Source: Camelus ferus (lineage: Eukaryota). From it: a stretch of DNA of 64,000 bases. The notes beneath the pieces are model-generated. The model ran no database searches and was not told where the DNA came from. It saw only the letters and a program-made list of their open reading frames with translations. Of this stretch, positions 13,099-23,483 are shown in pieces. The translations under genes were made by a program, and so were the position numbers. Each line of letters begins with the position of its first letter. The stretch's first letter is position 1. The stretch is from NCBI RefSeq assembly GCF_009834535.1, contig NC_045696.1, positions 70,372,001 to 70,436,000 on the forward strand, read 5' to 3'.

Positions 13099-13430
13099 TG
13101 TTGTCGAGTCCAAACTCGTTCTGCTCTCCGCACGACAGGTCAGTAAATTGGGAGACGAGGTGTTGGGGCAAGGAATAGTAACTTTATTGGAAAGTCAGCA
13201 GACTGAGAGGATGGCAGACTAATGTCTTGGAGAACCATCCTGCTCCAGTCAGAATAAAGGCTCCTTTTATACAAAAAATAAGGGAGTGGGAGGTAAAATA
13301 AGGGAGGGGGTGTGGCTGATTGTTGTAATCTTCTTGCTGCAGGCATTCTTTGTTCTTGCAGCCATCCCCGTGGGCTTTGTCATAGTGTCCCTGTAAACCT
13401 CCAACAAAACAAAGGTTATTCTCTACTACA
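13099..13430 (-). mobile_element. Solo LTR (ERV1-type) nested in the gag MA remnant
   Basis: TG...CA termini and 4-bp TSD ctct (13095-13098, 13431-13434). On the minus strand, TATAAAA at 13271-13265 and AATAAA at 13188-13183. Confidence 0.85.
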
Positions 13431-16400
13431 CTCTTGGTCCCCTAGCTTGTATTGGGGCCATGCAGTATTGCAAAGAAAAATTAATTATTTTTTCCTTAAA
13501 CTATCCTATCTGAATTTCCCCCAGGGAGCTAACATGCATCCTAACAGAGAGTCCTTTGGGATGCCTGTAGTCATCCCCATTTTGGTTAGGATCTCCTGCC
13601 GATTAGGCAAGGAGAGCAGCAAGAGCCAGGGGAAGAAAAGGTGTCCAGAGCCCTGGGCCTAAATTCTTTAGAGAGGAAGGGAGGAGATTTAGGCCTTGAG
13701 CCAACTAAATTGGATTACTTTTATCTCTGAAAGAAAAAAAAAAAGAAACAAATAGAGCTGAAGTGTGGGGCTGGAGTGCCACAGGGCAAGGCAAAATCTC
13801 CCCTTCAGGATATGGTCCTCGTGATGGTGAGGAGGGGGTACCTCTTCACAGAAGTAAAAGAGGCAACATCCAACCTGCTGGCAAAGTGGGCAAGGAGGCG
13901 CAAGGATCAACAGATTGTCTATTAAGTCAGGACAGGGCGAAGAGGGAAGGTGTACACCTGCGCTGCATCCCAGAATGAGACCGTGAACCCGTGAAGGGAG
14001 TGTCCCCACATGTAATTTCTAATCATTGATTTTGATTTTTCTTCCTGTCACTATCTGTGGTTTATAATGATATGTTTTTGTGTGGTTATTTGTTCAGATA
14101 TGTATCCCGTCCTGAAGTGTAAGCTCTGTAAGGGCTGGGATGTGTTCTGCTTGCTCTTTCAATCCCATGTCCCCAGCTCAGTCTGTGGCACATAATTGAG
14201 GTTCAGTAAATACTAGTTTGAAAAGTGGAGTGAAAGCAGATGTGAAAGCAGATTGTAGGGCTAGGGGGATAGATGAGGAAGGTAGTGTGTGGGAGAAGTG
14301 CGGTCAGAGAGGTTTACAGGCTGGGCTGAATCAGGAAGCAGGTGCATCCAGGGCATTCCCAAGACTCAGGAGTTGGGGATACAGGCTCGGAGGTGCCGGC
14401 CTAGAGGCAACCCTGGGAAGCATCTTGAGGGGCTCAGACCTGCAGGCAGCTCCTGTCTTCTGCAAGTATCACCAGTAAGAGAATGTCTGCAGTGTGCCAG
14501 AGTTAGTGCTTTAAAATAGAGAGCACTAACCACTTTTCCCTGAGGAAAAGGGAAGCATGGGACTGTCGACAATTTGTTAAAGCTCAAACAGGCAGTGAGT
14601 AGCTGAGTCAGGATTCACATCCAGGTACAGTGGACTCCCCAGTCCTTGCCCTGCACCCCCAGGATCTGTCACCTTCCTAGAAGTGTCTCCTGTGTTCCTT
14701 CCTCTACCGAGCCAGCTGACTTTAGTTGGATCAGAATGTCATGCTTGAAAATCTGTGTTAGCCTCCTCTTAACCCTCGTCTCGTCTCTTTCCAGCTCCTC
14801 TGCACATCTTTACCAGACTAAATTCTTTAATATCCTGTTCTATTGTTATTACTTGCCTCCTCAGTAATTTGCAGTGCTTCACCATTGTTACTAAAACACA
14901 AACTCTTTGGCCTTGCATTCTGAGCCCCATCCAGCCTTTGTCTTCCTCACAAACTTTGTCCTCCTTTGCTCTGTTGGTCGACTCTTTGAACCCCAGATGC
15001 CAGCTGACACCTTCTGGCTCTGGAGCTGGTCTGGGGCAGTTCTCCTTGCTACTCAAGGGTACGTGTCCTTTAACAGCCAGGTACAACCCTTCAGTGAAGC
15101 CTGGAGCCCTGTTCCCCTGCCTAATGAATGCCCATGGATACTTACAGTTTTACTCAACTCCTGTTTTATTCACTTTATTTTTTATCTTCTCCCTGCATTT
15201 TGACTGGAAGCTCCTTGAAGCATGACTACATGTTGTATTTATTTTAATTTCCACATAGCATCTGATTTAGTAATATAAACCTGGTAGATGGTCAGTAAAT
15301 ATTTGTCAGATGAGTAAATAAACCATGCTTTGGTACTCTGTCTCACTAGGGTTTTGCTTTATATTAATGTGTTCCACCACACTAAAGATTACATAATTTG
15401 AAAAATGAAGAAACTAGCATCTTGCATAAATTTCTGAAGGGGGTCTTCAGCGTACTGGGTAATACATGAACTTTGTATTCTCCTAGATTGAATTACAAAG
15501 ATACTGGTATATTGACTGCCAATGGAGCAGGGTGGATAGTAAGGCCACAACAAATGTCGGTAATAAAAAATATTATATTCTTTTGCTTTTAGTTTGTGAT
15601 ATGCTACTCAAGTTAGTAAATAATGCACATTGCAGAAATAGCTGAATAAGAATATTTAATATTACTTTTAATATAATGAATGCCCTTGGGACTAAAATGA
15701 GCATCATTGTGATTCGCTATATAAAATCAAAAAACTGAACTGTGGATGCAGTTTCCCTTAGGCCACTCAGTTTTTTTCAGTAGATTTACCTTTTTAATTA
15801 TATTTTACTTAGGCTAATTATAAAATTACTCTGCATTCCCTGAGAGCAGTGTGCTTCATGTGCCAAGAGGACACGTTTAACAGCCATAAAACTATCTGTA
15901 AAAGCAAAAAGCTCATTTCCCCCCCGAAGGATCTTTTTTAAGAATCAAAATGCACAACTGATCCTAAAAAAAAGTTTAACAAAGTGTATACAATAGCTTA
16001 GTGCGGCATATAAATTGCTTTCTACACTTTTTATTCTTCCTTCCCTTTTGCTCTACAACCAAAAGAAACTCCTTCAAGGAAATGTATCTACTATGTATTT
16101 ACACTATGCTACAAATTGGAGTATTAGCTGAAGTTAATGGCAGAGAATTACAGTGTAAACTAGTAAGAGCATTATCTAAACCTTATTGATTAAATAATAA
16201 GTATCCTCATGAAGAAAGAACACAGGATGTCTTAAGGCCTGGGTCCTAGAAGTGAATCCCTGTCTTATTACATGAGCTTGAGAAGGTAATTGTCTTGTCT
16301 TGTCCCCCTTCCCTCATTCCCTCCCTTCCTTCTTTCATTCTTTCCTTCCCAAAAAAACCAGGATGAGAAAATAAGTCTTTTTTAGTGTCTCATTGAGGCA

Positions 16401-16809
16401 TTGTGAAAAAGTATGTACTGCATATTATTGGTGTCCACTGATGGGGAAGAACAATCAGATAAATTGTGAACCAAGACTTTGAAAGAATAGGGGAAGTTAC
16501 TTATTTAGTGGTTTTGATTGGCTTTAGTTGAGAAATAGCTGAAAGCGTTGAACCAGGTTTCCTGAAAAGAACCATGATAGACAAAATTTATTCTTCACTT
16601 AGTGATCACAGTTGGTTTTTGTGATCTTAGTTTCATTATTGAAAAAGTGATTTCATCTCCCTTGAAAAATAATTTAATGGATTTATAAAGTTTATTTAAA
16701 ATTTTTATATTATTTAAAAAATAGATGTTAAGTACTGTAATGAGGTTTAGGCTTCACTTTTGTATGGATGAATTTTGTGAGTGACTGAGTTATCAGAAAA
16801 CTAAGATTC

Positions 16810-17480
16810 TACTTCCCAGGAGTATTTTGAGAACAAACTTAAGTTCTTAAGGAAAGGAGTTAGGGCTCCTTGGAGAGATGGCTGATGCCTGGACTGGGGC
16901 AGGGGAAGTAATAAGCCAGTGAGGTCTTTACGGTGCCAGAAAGTAAGGAAGTCGTCACAGAAGGGTGGGACATGTTGAAATGACCTGGGGGCTAACTTAA
17001 AGGAGCTCCCAAGAGCTGAGTCTGGGACAGTTTGAGCAACAAAATAAATAATGGTAGTAATGGATTATAATCTATAGAATAAAATAAATATCTATGAGTC
17101 CATGCTTCTGTAAATAAATAATTGAATAAATAAATAAATGGGGAGAAGGAGCAGCTCCTGCTTATGTAGAATTCTAATTCATAAATATAGAAGAAATGAT
17201 GGAAATAGAAAAATCACTGGCAAATTCCACAGTAATGGTTGTTGCAGACCAGATCTACCTGTGCATGCTAAAATGGAGGTAGGATGAGAAACAGGATATT
17301 TGCAGTTTCAAAGCAAGATACTTACTAATTACAAAGAGAAAAATACCAGCTTTACAATGAGGAAACCTGGATAGATATACCACATTTAAACGAGTGTTTA
17401 TCCATGAGACAGTCAGTAACACGTACTTCCTGATATAATGCAACATAAGGAAAGGGTGCCATGTCACCTCTGTGGTGATG
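16810..17480 (+). mobile_element. L1MC-like 3' fragment
   Basis: agggctccttggagagatggctgat...gtgccagaaagtaaggaagt...aaaataaataatggtagtaatggattataa resembles the L1MC 3'UTR. Confidence 0.7.
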
Positions 17481-17891
17481 TCTTCCTATTGTTTTAAATT
17501 ATATTTTTTATTCTGAAAAAATTAGATTCACGTGCAGTTTTAAGGAAAATACAGAGAGAGCCTGTGTGTCCTTTACCTACTTTCCCCCAGTGACAACTGT
17601 CATTGTAAAACAATAGAACAGTGTGATAACCAAGATATTGACAGTGATACAGTCAAGGGATAGAGCATTGCTGTCACTACAAACATCCCTCCTGTTGCAC
17701 TTGTATAGCCAACACCTCCATTTTTAAAAATTAGGGTTTTTTCCCCCTATTTTTGAGCTGTAAGAATTCTTTATATATTCTCGATCATATAGATTTTTGT
17801 CTTTAGTATGTTAATAGAGTGAATTATACTGGTGATTTTTTAATTGTAGTAAAACACACATAACATAAAACTTACCATCATAAGCATTTTT

Positions 17892-19265
17892 TCTTTTCTT
17901 TTTTTTTTTTTTTATATTCCACATATGAGTGATCTCATATGGTATTTTTCTTTCTCTTTCTGGCTTACTTCACTTAGAATGACATTCTCCAGGGACATTC
18001 ATGTTGCTGCAGATGGCGTTATGTTGTCTTTTTTATGGCTAAATAGTATTCCATTGTATAAATATACTACATCTTCTTTATCCAGTCATCTGTTGATGGA
18101 CATTTAGGCTGTTTCCATGTCTTGGCTATTGTAAATAGTGCATCTATGAACATTGGGGTGCAGGTGTCTTTTTGAAGTAGGGTTCCTTCTGGATATATGC
18201 CCAGGAGCAGGATGACTGGGTCATGTGGTAAGTCTATTACTAGTCTTCTGAGGAATCTCCATACTGTTTTCCACAGTGACTGCACCAAACTGCATTTCCA
18301 CTAGCAGTGTAGGAGGGTTCTCCTTTCTCCACAGTCTCTCCAGCATTTGTCATTTGTGGGTTTTGAATGATGGCCATTCTGACTGGTGTGAGGTGATAGC
18401 CTCATTGTAGTTTTGATTTGCATTTCTCTGATAATTAGTGATATTGAGCATTTTTTTTATGTGCCTATTGATCATTCATATTTCTTCCTTGGAGAATTGC
18501 TTGTTTAGGTCTTCTGCCCATTTTTGGATTGGGTTGTTCTTTTTTTTTCTTATTAAGTCATATGAGCTGCTTATCTATTCTGGAGATCAAGCCTTAGTCG
18601 GTTTCATCTTTTGCAAAAATTTTCTCCCATTCCGTAGGTTGTCTTTTTGTTTTGTTTATGGTTTCCTTTGCTGTGCAAAAGCTTTTAAGTTTAATTAGGT
18701 CCCATTTGTTTATTCTTTCTTTTATTTCTATTGCTTGTGTAGACTGCCCTAGGAGAACATTTTTGAGATGTATGTCAGATAATGTTTTGCCTGTATTTTC
18801 TTTTAGGAGGTTTATTGTATCTTGTCTTATGTTTAAGTCTTTGATCCATTTTGAGTTTATTTTTGTGTATGGTGTAAGGGAGTGTTCTAGCTTCATTGAC
18901 TTACACTCTGCTGTCCAGTTTTCCCAACACCATTTGTCTATATTCGATTGTATATTCTTGCCTCCTTTGTCGAAGATTAGTTGACCAAAAGTTTGTGGGT
19001 TCATTTCTGGGCTGTTCTGTTCCATTGTCCATATGTCTGTTTTTGTACCAATACCATGCTGTTTTGATTACTGTAGCTCTGTAGTATTGTCTGAAGTTTG
19101 GGAGAGTTATTCCTCCAGCCTCTCTTTTTCTTCAGTAATGCTTTTGCAATTCTAGGTCTTTTGTGATTCCACATAAATTATATTATGATTTGTTCTAGTT
19201 CTGTGAAATGTGTCCTGGGTAATTTGATAGACATTGCATTAAATCTGTAGATTGCCTTGGGCAGT
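17892..19265 (-). mobile_element. Young (camelid-type) 5'-truncated L1 inserted into an older L1MB 3' end
   Basis: Well-preserved ORF2 C-terminal peptide ([12 protein letters not shown]...KWCWENW...[14 protein letters not shown]). T-rich tail at 17892-17913. 17-bp TSD ccatcataa(g/c)cattttt at 17875-17891 and 19266-19282. Confidence 0.92.
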
Positions 19266-19282
19266 CCATCATAACCATTTTT

Positions 19283-19780
19283 AAGTATATGGTGTATACT
19301 GCATTCATACATTCATAGTGTGGGACAACGTCACCACCATCCATCTCCAACTCTTTTCTTGCTGCAACACTGAAACTCTATATCCATTAAACCACAACTC
19401 CCCATTCCTTTTTACCCCTCGGCTCCTGGAAAACACCATTCCACTTTCTGTCTCTTGAATTTGACTATACTAGGTGACTCATATAAGTGGGAACATATAG
19501 TATTTGTCTTTTGTGACTGGCTTATTTCCCGTAACACAATGTCCTCAAGGTCCATCCATGTTGTAGCATGGTTTTCCTTCCTCTTTAAGCCTAATAATAT
19601 TCCATTGTATGTATGTACCACATCTTGTTTATCCATTTATCCATCAGTAGACACTTGGGTTGCTTCTACCTTTTTTTGGCTATTGCAAGTAATGCTGCTA
19701 TGAACATGGTACAGATACCTCTTCTAGACTCTGCTGTCAGTTCTTTTGGGCATATGCCCAGGGGTGGAATGCTGGCTCAT
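19283..19780 (-). mobile_element. L1MB-like 3' end (resumes the piece at ~17838-17891)
   Basis: L1M 3'UTR motifs and ORF2 tail-like HATTWMDLEDIVLREISQSQK. Confidence 0.8.
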
Positions 19781-21650
19781 TGCAGCATCTAAATGTTTCT
19801 CTTACTCTGCCTCTACTTTGCTCTTCTCCAAGCCCTGACTCTCTCTGAGTAGCTTTCCTTTCAGAGATTTCAATTTTAAAAGTTCTTATCCATTTATTTC
19901 TTTAAATAACATAGTAAACCCTTAATTAAGAGGATTATTCAGAGAATACAGTGGGTATTGAATTTCCTGGCTGCATGGCCAGAAACCTCTTTGTTTCAAT
20001 CCCTGCTGTTGCAGAAGTGTGTTCATTCGTTTTATGTCTTAGTTGGGACAGAAGGATGGACATAACTGAATCTCTGGTAATTCAGGATCTTGTAGTGCTG
20101 CCTCAAGGCTCTCAGTGCACATGGATCACAGCAGGGTGAGCCCCAGGACAGAAGCTGTTGGGGATTGGGGCAAAGTACTGACCACTCTGGGCTCTTTACA
20201 AAACTACATCCTTGGTAGGAGTTTGCTTTATTTTGTATATGTTTATAAGCATATCAGACAATATACTAGGGTATAATTGATATTTAAAAGATGTTTACTG
20301 AACCGTGTTTCTCACCTGGCTGCATTTACTATTTTTCTCTTCTCTGCCTTCCTCTTTGCATCTGTATCCCCATATCAGCAGATAACAGGCTGTCACCCTA
20401 GCTCATGTGAGGAAGCACCTTTAATAGATGTAACTTGTAGAGGAAAATGTAATCAGGAATGCAGTGTACACCTCTCTCTCCCAGCTGCATTTCTCTTTTA
20501 CCACACTTCAAGAAAGAAAAACAGAGCTTTAGGGCAGAGAGGATTAGACAAAGAGGTAGAAGAAGCGAGAAGAGAAAAAGTAAATTATGAAGAAGCACAA
20601 AGGAGGGGAAGGATTGCGGACAGCAGGGTGTTGGTGACAGTGGGAGAGGGGTCAGAGAAGGCCCAGAGTCCAGCTTCAGGATTCCCTCTACCTGTGGACC
20701 AGAGGAAGCCTCCTTCTTCTGGATCTCAGGAACCTCCTGTTCTGTGACAAGTGGGTGACTAAAGCACAGGTTACTTGAGCTAGAAAGAACTTAATCAGCA
20801 TCTGTAACAAGTGTGTCTGAGTGCCTGCCATTCACAGCCTCCTGAACTCAGTAACCACCAGGCCACCAGCCAAGAAGAGAGAAGATCACACCTCCATTCC
20901 AGATGTTCTGTTCACTACTCCTGGACAGAAGGGAGCAATCCCCTAAATTCTCCAAGTCCCTTCTCTGTCCTCTGCCCAGACTCATCTTTCTCTAATCCTG
21001 GGCTGGTCTGCCTTCTTGGCTCCTTAGCTCACAGTGCCCGAGATGCTTGGAGGTGAAGTCCTGCCATACCAAACTGTTGGATCTCACCTCATTTGAATTT
21101 TGCCTGACAAGGAGTAATGCTCTCTTTCACACATAACAGAAATGAAGATACCCGGTATATTTTAACCAATTTCCTAGGCAGGCATGTCGGGTTTTTCTCA
21201 CTTCTATTTTTGTTAGATCAGGGTTTGCATGGAACATGTCCAGGCTTGGAAGTGGACCTTGGAACTCAAAGGCCTGTCAATTTTAAATGTACCTTTTCCA
21301 TGTTGTACTCCAGAGAGAAGCTGAATGTATTTTTAGAGTAATTTAGTTACAAAGAAATTGTGGCATTGAAGCCTACTTAGGAGTCAAGAAGCAGACTTGT
21401 AAGAATACAGGCAGGCTTGGTTGGTCTTAATAGATTACTGATGTTGCACTGTGTTTGTTCACTGCTCACATTTCTGATCTAAAATTACTATTTGTCCATG
21501 AACATATTTAAAAATATAAGGTAGTTTTCCTTACAAATGTGATCCCTATTCTAGAATTTTCAATCTGACCAAGAAATAAAACAAATGAGAGCAGATGGGC
21601 ACAAGAGTGATTTGCTTGCACAGAGATGTTCACTAGGAGGTCATAAATCA

Positions 21651-21830
21651 TCAGTTCTCAGAGTATGTGATGATGTCTGGAGACACCTTTGATTGTCACA
21701 CCTGGGTAGGAGGTGCTACTGACATCTAGTGGGTAGAGGCCAAGGATGTGGCTCGACACCCTACAGTACGTAGGACAGCCCCACAGCAAAGGATTGTCTT
21801 GTCTGAGAAGGCAGGAGCAGCGAGGTTAAA
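21651..21830. mobile_element. MER20 (hAT-Charlie) relic
   Basis: atgtctggagacacctttgattgtcaca...gtgctactgacatctagtgggtagaggccaaggatg...aggacagcccc. Confidence 0.8.
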
Positions 21831-22926
21831 GACAGTGTCGTAAATATGTGTGGAAGATACTGTATGGACTGACTGATAAATCAAGTACATTAGGAAAAAC
21901 CCAAGGTGGTGCCCATGATTGTGGCTTCTATCTCTTGGTCTTTTAGGGTTTTTTTTTCTTCCAGATTTCTATTTTGAAATCATTTTAGGCTTACAGACTG
22001 GATAATTGTCATCTCCGTCTCTGTTTCCTTAACACTTGGTACGTGGGAGGCTTTGCTAACTGTTGAATGAAGTAGAAGAGAACAAAGAAGGGGACCCACT
22101 AGAAACAGACCTGGTTAGGTTTCACTTCCATGTCAACTATGTGAAAAACTTGAGCGCTCAGAGTGTTTCTCAGGTTTGGAGATAAGCTCCTTGGTTTCCT
22201 AGAACCATCCGGCAGCACCACCCATTCCCATCTGCCCATGGCTAAGGTTGTACCTGTGGAATTGGTGTCCAGGAGAATGTCTCCTACTGAGGCACTTATG
22301 ACTTTGGGTCTTGAAAGAGATCATTTCACACCCTGCACCTTACCCCGGCCACTGAGATTGACCAGGACAATCCTACAAGGCTATTACCTATTAAATATGT
22401 GTATATGGGTATTCTGATTAAACATAGAAACCTAGAAAGTGAAAGTTTTCCATAATCCTGATAATAAGTTGGTATATATTCCTCCAGTTTTTAAATGTTT
22501 GTATTAACATATTACTAAAGATAAAATGGAATTATAATTTTATAGTATATTATATTGTTTTATAGTGTGTTTTTACCATACTATACTGTGGACATTCTCT
22601 ATTGTCATATGATAGGTAAGTCATTTCAAGTTGTCTGTAAAATAAGGATGGTATTATCCACCCACCTACTCCAGAGGCATTAGAAAGACTCAGATATAAG
22701 ATTTGTAAAGTGTGTTGAGTTTCTTAGTTGAAAACACCATGATGTTATATACCATGCTCTATTTTTAATTGATTGTAATGGTATTGAATGATTCTATTAC
22801 TGGTCTCTTTTGAGATGTTATTGAAATATGTTTTAAGACCTTCTGAGTCCTTAGAGACCACTTGCTACCTTAATGTGGTTTGTCAAATACTGTTAGATTT
22901 CAGCTGCTTTTTTGTGTTCCCCACAG

Positions 22927-23483
22927 GCAAGTATGTGTATCAGCCGATGACCCCTGTGGAACAGCTTCCAAGCACTGAGATTCCCGCGAAGCCCCGGGAA
23001 CCCACAAACACTATTCAGATCTCAGTCTCCCTCACTGAACACTTTTTGAAATTTGCATCTGTCTTCCAGCCTCCTCTCCCGCCTGATTCACCAAGGTACT
23101 GTATGATCTCAGACCTCTTTATTGACAACTATCAGGTTAAATGTATCAATGGGAAGATGTGTTATGTGCAGAAGCAGCCGGCGCCACATTCCCACAAAAT
23201 GAGCCCTGAGGAGGTCTCTGCACACGATGCCTTAATTTCAAAAGAGAGCAATACACCAAAAATAGATCACTGCTCTTCTCCCTCAAGTTCTGAGGACTCT
23301 GGGATCAATGCAGTTGGGGCTCACTATGTGGAATCGTGTGATGAGGACACGGAAGAGGGAGCAGAACTGAGTTCAGAGGAAGATTACAGTCCAGAGAGCA
23401 GCTGGGAACCGGACGAGTGCACCCTTCTCTCCCCCTCGCAGTCTGATCTGGAAGTGATTGAAACAATAGAAACCACTGTGTGA
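22927..23483 (+). CDS. C3orf70: C3orf70 homolog (UPF0524 protein), last coding exon
   Basis: Acceptor ttttttgtgttccccacAG ends at 22926. The phase-1 exon reads (gc)KYVYQPMTPVEQLPSTEIPAKPREPTNTIQISVSLTEHFLKFAS...SQSDLEVIETIETTV* (TGA 23481-23483), which matches my recall of human C3orf70 residues ~67-250. Tail-to-tail synteny with VPS8 agrees. Exon 1 is upstream of the window. Confidence 0.95.

Larger units (their letters stand above)
10811..14010 (-). mobile_element. ERV1-class (gamma-like) defective retroviral sequence inserted as a polyadenylated processed copy
   Basis: Decayed gag MA from ATG 13580 (MGMTTGIPKDSLLGCMLAPWGKF...CNTAWPQYKLGDQE). CA end (LLDLVFGVFNNRD), two degenerate Zn knuckles (CFKCCQEGH, CPICKREGPWKRHC) and protease (VFLLDTGTAHSVL, DTG at 12381-12373; PECPIPLLGGDLL). 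3' LTR U3-R at 11224-10833 and A-rich tail at 10832-10811. TSD tgtaatttct at 10801-10810 and 14011-14020. Confidence 0.85.

Noticed and set aside
20277..20747. 156-aa ORF with a charged stretch
   Set aside because: It arises from a purine-rich low-complexity tract, has a non-ATG start, and shows no recognisable protein or exon structure.
22788..22926. N-terminal 46 aa of the 231-aa ORF as coding sequence
   Set aside because: This is intronic read-through upstream of a clear polypyrimidine/AG acceptor at 22926. Recognisable C3orf70 sequence starts only after it.
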